DNA from: Bacteroidota bacterium
GTDB taxonomy: Bacteria; Bacteroidota; Ignavibacteria; Kapaibacteriales; UBA2268
NCBI GenBank assembly: GCA_021824625.1
Contig: JAKAKE010000121.1
Coordinates: forward strand, 829 to 64,828
Reading direction: 5' to 3'
Length of the DNA: 64,000 bases
Shown here piece after piece: positions 56,967 through 64,000 of this stretch (position 1 is its first letter; every line of letters begins with the position of its first letter). Both the position numbers and the translations under genes were made by a program. The notes under the pieces were generated by a model, which saw only the letters and a program-made list of their open reading frames with translations, did not search any database and had not been told where the DNA came from.

Positions 56967-57189
56967 ATTTATCTCCCAAATAGTGATTATAATTTGATAT
57001 TTTCACTGAACTCTCAAAAGAAATCGTAATTCAAGACTTAAACCGGTATAATTTAGTGTAGATTAATAGTATTATTTTATTTTTCTAATTTTATTGTTAG
57101 TTGTAAATGATTATAACTAATAATCCGAATAATGAAGATGATTTTTGTTTCAATTTTTTTTCAATAAAAATTATTCATATTATTACAAT

Positions 57190-60138
57190 ATGGAAAAAAG
57201 CGAAACATTGACAGGAAATTTGAAAAGAAGAATGATGCAGAACAACACAGGAATGAATCGTGTTTTATTAACAGCTACTGCAATTTTTATAGGAATTCTG
57301 ACATCATTATATTCCCAGGATTCATTAAGCAGCAGAGCCTTCAAGGTATTGAATGACGGCATGAAATCTTACGGAATGAATCTGAATGATATTTGGCTGC
57401 CAATTGATACTGCCGAAAATAATTATCATCGCCTGAAATTATTTGACACTCTTTTCGGGAATCCACTCCATTCTGTTGATTTGGTAAAATACCATGCTAA
57501 TGAACTGATGAATCTTAATGAGAAAACAATTGATGCATATTTTACTAAAGTGTTCGGCCAGCTTGAATTCAGGCAGTACCAGCCGGTATATTATGAAAAT
57601 AATCTTTCAACGAAGGAAATTGATAACGAGATGGGGTTCGGCTCCGATACAACTCTTGGCAATGAAGGAGGACAGTTATTCAGGATGTTCATCTCACCTG
57701 TTATACAAATCAAACAGCTTCTTGCAGATGATTTTCTATATAAAAAAAGTCTCAGGCTCACATTTTTAAAAGACAACTATCAAAAAGTGTTATTGGGTTA
57801 TTTGAGCGAAGATTCAAATATCAGTTATGATTCTCTGCAAAAGATTGCAAAGGATTTTTTTATTTATTCACAGTCGGCAAACCGTTCATTGCTCTATTCA
57901 AACGGAGTTTCATTCTATCATACACTTCTGAAATTAGCTCAAATCGCAAAGACAAATATTGATATTCTGAAGAACAAAATAAAGACAACAATCATGGAAA
58001 CTCATTATGGCAGAATAGCACTCGGCGGAGCCGGTAATGATACATATAATGGAGATTTTACTGCTATACTCGATATCGGAGGAGATGACAAATATAATAT
58101 TTCAAATACTAATAATGGAAATGAAAATCCGGCAAAATTCATAGTTGATTTGTCGGGTAATGATAATTATATTGGAAAAGATTTTACAATCGCAGGTGCA
58201 GCTTTGGGAATTAATATTCTGATTGACCTCGAGGGAAATGATACTTATACGACACAGAATTTCTCACTTGGATGCGGCATATTTGGTGTCGGAATCATAA
58301 ATGACATATCAGGTAATGACAAGTACACAGGAAAAATAATGTCGGAAGGAGCTTCTTCATTCGGTATAGGTTTATTGCTCGATAATGCCGGAAATGACCA
58401 ATATGATATTTCTGGTTTTGGTCAGGGACTTGCATTAGCTAAGGGTTTTGGGTTACTGCTTGATAATTACGGCCAGGATGATTATCATTCTGCTTCTAAT
58501 ATAAATGTTGAAGGCAAGACTTACCTTTCCTTTTCGCAGGGGGTATCTGCCGGGTACTATCCTTATGCTTCAGGAGGGATTGGATTATTAGTTGATGGTA
58601 GAGGAAATGACATTTACAAAAGCGGTATATGTGGACAGGGATTTGGCTATTGGTTTGGCTTGGGAGCCATATACGACTTCAATGGTTCTGATAATTATGA
58701 ATCCTATCAGTATTCTCAGGGAGCTTCAATTAATAGCGGCATTGGAATTCTGTTTGACAACCAGGGGAATGATTCGTATAGTACACAAGGTATAGCACAG
58801 GGTTTTGCTAATGATAATAGCTTCGCTTTACTCCTGGATGATTTTGGAAATGATTTTTATAATATTTATAGCCCCCCCGAAAAACCAATTGAATATACTC
58901 AACCTTCAATTTCTATATTATTAGATGCTTCTGCCAGTTCAACTTTCAGTAATTATATTGTAATTGACAAGGATTTATTAGACAAAAAGAAGGGTGGGAC
59001 TTATACTGAACCAAAAAATAAGGATTTATCATTTTATATAAAAATCGGATTTCCTGTTGAGTCCTTACTACATGAAATCAGGGAAAATTATGGCAGTTTC
59101 AACTTATCAATGAGTGATACATCCATAAAAAATTATTATAACGATTCAATTATAACTCCACATGGTAACTATAAAGCAGATTTATATGATTTATCCCAAT
59201 TCGATTTTGAGAGAAAATTGATATTCTCACATTCAAAAATTGATTCCGTTTCAATTCGCTCATCAATTCAAAATAAAACCGGAGAGGAGATTTATTTATC
59301 ATTATTGTCAGACGATACGGTAACAGTCGAGATTATTAATTTTCTAAAAGACAAAATCATTGATAATCCACCGGCTGTGCAGTTCCTGGCTGATAGATTA
59401 AAATCCGAAACATTATTTGAAAGAAGAATTATTGTTGCTCTTTTAACAGGACTGCTGAAAAAAGGTTCACTGCCTGCAAAAAATTTATTGATTGATTCAT
59501 GCGAATCGAAAGAATATCAAACGATTAAGATATGCATGGATTTGATGTCTGAATTTAAAATTTATGATATAGTCAAACGCATATCGGAAGTTTATAAGAG
59601 CAGTTCATGGCGGCTGAGAGCAGGAGCGGCGAAAGCGATTGGTAAAATCGGGGCAAATGCACAGATTGATATTCTCAGTGCTTTGATAGAGGACAGCCAC
59701 CCTTATGTAAGAGCCGAAGCGGCTTATTCGCTCGGAAGATTGATGCCGGATGATGTTTTAAATCGGATTCATTTGTGCTTTTATGACGATTTCTCGATTG
59801 TCCGTAAAAAAGCTTTCGATGGTTTGACCGAAAATCGGCAGCTTCCCTTATTGTTTCTGGAACAAGTGCTGCAAACAGATTTACCGTTGTCGGTGAAATG
59901 TAAATTTGCTTCACTGATTACCGGCTCAAAATATTCAAAAAAAGAAATGAAAAAATTTCAGGATTTTTTTTATAATTTACCTGTAAATTTGAGAAGAATA
60001 ATTTATAAATCAATTTATTATTCCGGAAGCAAGGCATGGAATAGAAAACTAAAGGATTTGAGGAAAGAAGAGTCAGAGCCGGAATTGCAGAATCTGATTG
60101 ATTGGCCCAAAGCATCAGGTAAGAAGAAAATAAAATAA
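57190..60138 (+). CDS. large protein: central GNDxY-repeat (beta-solenoid-like) region plus C-terminal HEAT repeats
   Basis: At least 11 repeats spaced ~22-25 aa apart, each ending G[NQSD]DxY (GGAGNDTY, LSGNDNY, LEGNDTY, ISGNDKY, NAGNDQY and others). C-terminus RLRAGAAKAIGKIG..DSHPYVRAEAAYSLGRL is HEAT-like. Confidence 0.5.
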   Translation: MEKSETLTGNLKRRMMQNNTGMNRVLLTATAIFIGILTSLYSQDSLSSRAFKVLNDGMKSYGMNLNDIWLPIDTAENNYHRLKLFDTLFGNPLHSVDLVKYHANELMNLNEKTIDAYFTKVFGQLEFRQYQPVYYENNLSTKEIDNEMGFGSDTTLGNEGGQLFRMFISPVIQIKQLLADDFLYKKSLRLTFLKDNYQKVLLGYLSEDSNISYDSLQKIAKDFFIYSQSANRSLLYSNGVSFYHTLLKLAQIAKTNIDILKNKIKTTIMETHYGRIALGGAGNDTYNGDFTAILDIGGDDKYNISNTNNGNENPAKFIVDLSGNDNYIGKDFTIAGAALGINILIDLEGNDTYTTQNFSLGCGIFGVGIINDISGNDKYTGKIMSEGASSFGIGLLLDNAGNDQYDISGFGQGLALAKGFGLLLDNYGQDDYHSASNINVEGKTYLSFSQGVSAGYYPYASGGIGLLVDGRGNDIYKSGICGQGFGYWFGLGAIYDFNGSDNYESYQYSQGASINSGIGILFDNQGNDSYSTQGIAQGFANDNSFALLLDDFGNDFYNIYSPPEKPIEYTQPSISILLDASASSTFSNYIVIDKDLLDKKKGGTYTEPKNKDLSFYIKIGFPVESLLHEIRENYGSFNLSMSDTSIKNYYNDSIITPHGNYKADLYDLSQFDFERKLIFSHSKIDSVSIRSSIQNKTGEEIYLSLLSDDTVTVEIINFLKDKIIDNPPAVQFLADRLKSETLFERRIIVALLTGLLKKGSLPAKNLLIDSCESKEYQTIKICMDLMSEFKIYDIVKRISEVYKSSSWRLRAGAAKAIGKIGANAQIDILSALIEDSHPYVRAEAAYSLGRLMPDDVLNRIHLCFYDDFSIVRKKAFDGLTENRQLPLLFLEQVLQTDLPLSVKCKFASLITGSKYSKKEMKKFQDFFYNLPVNLRRIIYKSIYYSGSKAWNRKLKDLRKEESEPELQNLIDWPKASGKKKIK

Positions 60139-60213
60139 TTTTTTAATTATTTCTTTAAATATATTATATTATAAAAATATTATTTATATTGATTACAATG
60201 AATCAGATAGATT

Positions 60214-60780
60214 ATGCCAAATACTAAGAAAAAACTAATCGTGCTGTCCTCGCCAAGCGGAGGCGGCAAATCAACAGTAGCGAGATACCTGTTGAGGACT
60301 TTTCCCCAGCTTCAGTTCTCGATTTCGGCAACTACCCGTCCCAAACGTCCCAGGGAGACACATGGGAAGGAGTATTATTTCATGGATATTCCCGAGTTCT
60401 TCCGCAAACTTCAGAATAACGAGATGATTGAATCGGAGGAGATTTTCGGGCAATATTACGGTACTCTTAAGACTGAGATTGACAAGGCTATCAACCAGGG
60501 GAAAACACTCGTGTTTGATGTGGATGTCAAAGGTGCTTTATCCTTGAAGGAGGCTTATCCGAAAGAATCAGTTTTGATATTTCTTACACCTGCAGACAAA
60601 TCGGCATTGGCAGAAAGACTGAGAAGGAGGCATACGGAAACCGAGGAACAGGTGCAGGCAAGGCTTAAGAGGGCAGAGATGGAAATCAGCAAATCCACAG
60701 AATTTGACCATGTAATATTGAATGATGTCCTGGTTGATACATTCGAGGAAGTTAAGGCGATAGTCGAGAAATATTTATAA
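60214..60780 (+). CDS. gmk: guanylate kinase
   Basis: LSSPSGGGKST P-loop and ATTRPKRPRETHGKEYYF. Confidence 0.85.
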   Translation: MPNTKKKLIVLSSPSGGGKSTVARYLLRTFPQLQFSISATTRPKRPRETHGKEYYFMDIPEFFRKLQNNEMIESEEIFGQYYGTLKTEIDKAINQGKTLVFDVDVKGALSLKEAYPKESVLIFLTPADKSALAERLRRRHTETEEQVQARLKRAEMEISKSTEFDHVILNDVLVDTFEEVKAIVEKYL

Positions 60781-60837
60781 GATAGAAATAAATTTTATTA
60801 ATTGGACAGCAAGCGTTAATTTTGCAGTCTCAATTAT

Positions 60838-60912
60838 CGGCGTGTAGCGCAGCCCGGTTAGCGCACTACTTTGGGGTAGTAGGGGTCGGCAGTTCGAATC
60901 TGCCCACGCCGA
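60838..60912 (+). tRNA. tRNA-Pro (anticodon GGG)
   Basis: Folded by hand. Acceptor cggcgtg/cacgccg, D-stem gcgc/gcgc, anticodon stem ctact/agtag with loop ttGGGgt, T-arm ggcag-ttcgaat-ctgcc, discriminator A. 75 nt with no encoded CCA. Confidence 0.85.
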
Positions 60913-60938
60913 CGATGATTAAACAAATATCCTTTTCC

Positions 60939-63900
60939 TTATTTAACTATACATACCCTTTGTGTTTTTATTATCGTTGGTGTTTTAAGAATTACATAAT
61001 AATTCCCTTGAATCAAATCGTTAGTATTAAAAATAATTTTCTTTCTGCCTGATTCAGGAATTCCATCAAATAATGTCAAAACCATTTCACCGAGAATGTT
61101 TGTAATTATCAATTGTGTTCTGTCATTTTCTATAAGTTCAAATTCAATTTCAGCTTCATCGGATGCGGGATTGGGGTTAATCAGAAGCATCTGAACTTTT
61201 TCGGACATATCGAGCAGCCGCTTTCCGCCTTCTTCGCATATACCGAGAATCTTAAATTTACCTGACCTGGTTTCGATATCGTAATCAACAATATTATCAG
61301 AATCATCATACAAATTGAATTCAAGCAAATCAAGTGTCGTTTCAGTTGTTGTGCCTAATGCTGCAACGACAGGAATTGATGCAAGTTCTGTGTTGTTACT
61401 TATTTCTCCTGTTACATCTATTATTACTGAATCATTGCTGAATGTTGAAATAGATTTTCTGTCTAATGGAGCCAATATGCTTCTTTGGAATCGCACTTTG
61501 GATTTGAAATTCGTAGCAATTGCCTGGATGCCATCCATTTTGACTTTGCTGAAATTCAGCTTCAGTTCCCGTGTCTCGCCGGGTTTAGCTGAGTCATCGG
61601 GAATTGTTACCAATCCGCCGATACCTTCGCCAAAGAGAGTGACAATAGCGGGAGAGCCGGCACCTGAATAATCGAAACCGATTCCGCCTGATGTTCTTCC
61701 ACCGTATTTTGGTTTGAACTGAACAGTCAGCGGACGCGAATCCCCGGAATTCAGATTGAACGCACCGCCACCTGAAATAATATTGAATTGCTCCTTGTCA
61801 GGATACATTAATTCGGTATTTGTTATTGCGATAGGACTTGTGCCGATGTTTTTGAGCAACAGGGTATCACTAAATGTTTTTTCATTACCTAATTCAACTT
61901 TGCCGAAGTCGAGAATATTTGTCATCACCAGCAACTGAGGTAATACACCTTCTCCAATGATTCTTTGTCTTAATGTATCTGCCTGTGTAATAATAACAAT
62001 TGTCGAGGATTTATTTCCAACTGAATTTGGTTTGAACCTGAATTCAACTGATTTGGTATTTCCAACATCAACAGTGAAAGGAGGAAAACCCGAAACCTGT
62101 GCAAATTGATTATTGTCGCCACCTTCAAAATAAATTGAATCAATCCTGCAAGGGTAAGAACCCGTATTAGTTATGAATCCAGTGATTACCGAATCCTTCA
62201 TAGTTCCAACCAGCGCCTGTTTCATATCAATATCAACAGCACCAGCTTGAGGTGCGACAATAGACCAGAGGGAATCGGAAATGTCTTGTTGAGCTATAGA
62301 TACATTATCCATTGCCCAAATTTTGATAGTTGAATCATTACTCCCACTTGCAAGGAACAGCCCATCTGGACTGAAAGCTACAGTTCGAATTCTTCCAGTA
62401 TGGCCAGTCAAGGTTTTTATAATAGTACCAGAGTTTAAGTCCCAAATTTTTATTGTGGAATCAGAGTTGCCACTTGCTAATTTTGAGCCATTCGGATTAA
62501 ATGCTATTGAGGAAGGTCTAAAATTTTTCCCAGTTAAAGTTTTTATTATTGTACCAGAATTAAAATCCCATATTTTAATAGTTGAATCACCACTACAACT
62601 TGCTAACAGTTTACCATCGGCACTAAATATTACAGAACCTACAACAACCAAATGTCCTAAAAAAGTATTAATTAAATTTCCAGAATTAATATCCCATATT
62701 TTGATTGTATGATCAAAACTCCCACTTACCAACTTTGTGCCGTCTGGACTATATGCTATAGAAGTTATACCTTCAGCTTGACCGGAAAAAGATTTTATTA
62801 CATCACCTGTAGTTAAATTCCATAATTTTATTGTTCTATCTTCACTACCACTTGCTAAAAATGTACTATTAGGACTAAAAGCAATTGAATAAATTGTTTC
62901 AGTATGTCCAATTAAAGTTTTAATTTCTGAACCAGAGTTTACGTCCCATAATTTTATAGTTTTATCATAATATTCACTGGCGCTTGCAAACATTGTATTA
63001 TCAGGGCTATAAGCGACACATCTAATAACATCTGTGTGTCCAGTAAGGGATTTTACTTGATCACCTGTAATTATATCCCACAATTTAACTGTTTCATCAT
63101 TGCTACCACTTGCTAATTTAGTGCCATCAGGACTAAATGCAACAGAACTAACAAATCCATTATGACCACGAAATGTATGAATTAAAGAACCATAAGCAAT
63201 AGGAATTTCCTTACTTTTTACCTTCATAATACACTGTTTACTTATTGGCGATGGTATATTATTCCATTTGTACTTTAAATTACTTGCTCCATTTGTTAAA
63301 TTCTTCCAATTTATTCCTTTATCAATGCTGAAATCAATAGTTAATGAATCACCAGGTAAAACTCCTTCCCAAGTAATTGTAGTGTCAGAACCTTGTACAA
63401 ATGATTCACCCCCATTTGGTTTAGTTAATTTAAATACTTTATTAACAGTTGTATCGTAAAAAATACATGTTCTTGCATAGAATTTATTTCCAATACAAGC
63501 ATCTGATTCAATTTCAAAACAACTAAAGGCAAACACATTATTACTTGGTGTAAATTGTACTTTTAGAGTCCTACTTTGATTTTCCTGCAATATAAATGGA
63601 GGAGTTGAGCCACCCCAATCAATAATTTGAAAATCAGGATTATTTGTTTTGTAATTTTTTATTAATAAATCTCTTTTTCTTGCGGTTATTAAAATTTCTT
63701 TTATTTGACTTTTTGATGGGATTATTGTATCAAATTTAATAATAGTTGACGGATTATATTCTATTTTTGCTATGTTGTTTATTGATATAAAATATGAAAA
63801 TTTTGTTTGTGCGCTTTGTGGAATAAGGGTTGAAATGCATGAGCGATTAGTAACACAATTCTCATCACTTAGCCATTCAATTTCACATGGTTTAACATTT

Positions 63901-64000
63901 TGAGCCAATTGAAATACTCTTAGAAATATTTCTTTACATTTTTCTTCTGTTGTAACATTATCAAACCATTCCCCTCCTGTATGTAATGATATTTCTTTCA
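60939..64000 (-). CDS. WD40-repeat protein with beta-sandwich domains and T9SS C-terminal sorting domain (N-terminus beyond window end)
   Basis: At least 7 WD40 units (GH..V.SVAFSPDG..LASGS.D.TIKIWD). C-terminus NPNPASDEAEIEFEL...GNYYVILKT is CTD-like. The frame stays open from 63908 to the window edge, so the listed TTG start is probably not the real start. Confidence 0.7.
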   Translation of the reverse strand, partial: KEISLHTGGEWFDNVTTEEKCKEIFLRVFQLAQNVKPCEIEWLSDENCVTNRSCISTLIPQSAQTKFSYFISINNIAKIEYNPSTIIKFDTIIPSKSQIKEILITARKRDLLIKNYKTNNPDFQIIDWGGSTPPFILQENQSRTLKVQFTPSNNVFAFSCFEIESDACIGNKFYARTCIFYDTTVNKVFKLTKPNGGESFVQGSDTTITWEGVLPGDSLTIDFSIDKGINWKNLTNGASNLKYKWNNIPSPISKQCIMKVKSKEIPIAYGSLIHTFRGHNGFVSSVAFSPDGTKLASGSNDETVKLWDIITGDQVKSLTGHTDVIRCVAYSPDNTMFASASEYYDKTIKLWDVNSGSEIKTLIGHTETIYSIAFSPNSTFLASGSEDRTIKLWNLTTGDVIKSFSGQAEGITSIAYSPDGTKLVSGSFDHTIKIWDINSGNLINTFLGHLVVVGSVIFSADGKLLASCSGDSTIKIWDFNSGTIIKTLTGKNFRPSSIAFNPNGSKLASGNSDSTIKIWDLNSGTIIKTLTGHTGRIRTVAFSPDGLFLASGSNDSTIKIWAMDNVSIAQQDISDSLWSIVAPQAGAVDIDMKQALVGTMKDSVITGFITNTGSYPCRIDSIYFEGGDNNQFAQVSGFPPFTVDVGNTKSVEFRFKPNSVGNKSSTIVIITQADTLRQRIIGEGVLPQLLVMTNILDFGKVELGNEKTFSDTLLLKNIGTSPIAITNTELMYPDKEQFNIISGGGAFNLNSGDSRPLTVQFKPKYGGRTSGGIGFDYSGAGSPAIVTLFGEGIGGLVTIPDDSAKPGETRELKLNFSKVKMDGIQAIATNFKSKVRFQRSILAPLDRKSISTFSNDSVIIDVTGEISNNTELASIPVVAALGTTTETTLDLLEFNLYDDSDNIVDYDIETRSGKFKILGICEEGGKRLLDMSEKVQMLLINPNPASDEAEIEFELIENDRTQLIITNILGEMVLTLFDGIPESGRKKIIFNTNDLIQGNYYVILKTPTIIKTQRVCIVK

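Noticed and set aside
60822-61052. 76-aa ORF overlapping the tRNA-Pro gene
   Set aside because: It covers a cleanly folding tRNA and the 3' end of the convergent WD40 gene, so it is spurious.

Overview
AT-rich bacterial chromosomal window. T9SS-type C-terminal sorting domains on several secreted proteins, flagellar motB/fliW/csrA, several c-type cytochromes and a TonB-dependent receptor suggest an FCB-group, Ignavibacteria-like organism (inference only). Layout: (1) 0.6-9.7 kb, a tightly packed reverse-strand sugar-activation cluster (NeuB-family synthase, SpsF-type cytidylyltransferase, fused transketolase, class-III aminotransferase, SDR, metallophosphoesterase, TagF-like transferase, divergent HAD). 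(2) 9.9-25 kb, housekeeping genes (trmB, nadB, rnhA, MFS, TonB receptor, a 1,494-aa BNR/PKD/T9SS protein) interrupted by a REPtron-like locus: one IS200-like Y1 (RAYT-type) gene surrounded by hairpin repeats, perfect 140-bp tandem units and a CRISPR-like 50-nt-period mini-array. (3) 25-37.5 kb, an accessory island with four clear toxin-antitoxin pairs (RelE-type, ParE/RelE, MNT-HEPN plus a CPBP/Abi protease, MazEF), an orphan RHS core fragment, an unknown+PIN-like gene pair, repeat lipoproteins, an S41 peptidase and a duplicated msrAB 3' end. (4) 42.4-51.3 kb, a phage-derived head/fibre/lysis module (scaffold, major capsid, DUF2190, DUF1320, holin-like, CHAP, fibre, LamG, DUF935 portal). It has no terminase, tail or integrase, its gene order is scrambled, and it carries host repeat elements. 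(5) 51.7-64 kb: motB, fliW-csrA plus a receiver protein, a cytochrome operon with a heme-motif beta-barrel, a beta-solenoid/HEAT protein, gmk, tRNA-Pro and a WD40/T9SS protein that runs off the window. At least four short-repeat families are visible: REP hairpins with a shared C-GTA-G triloop, a ~135-bp MITE-like family with AATGAATAGCC termini, GTCATTCTGA-type palindromes (two inserted in-frame in a coding gene), and a 161-bp repeat at gene 3' ends. All protein calls rest on motif recognition by eye; no database search was run.
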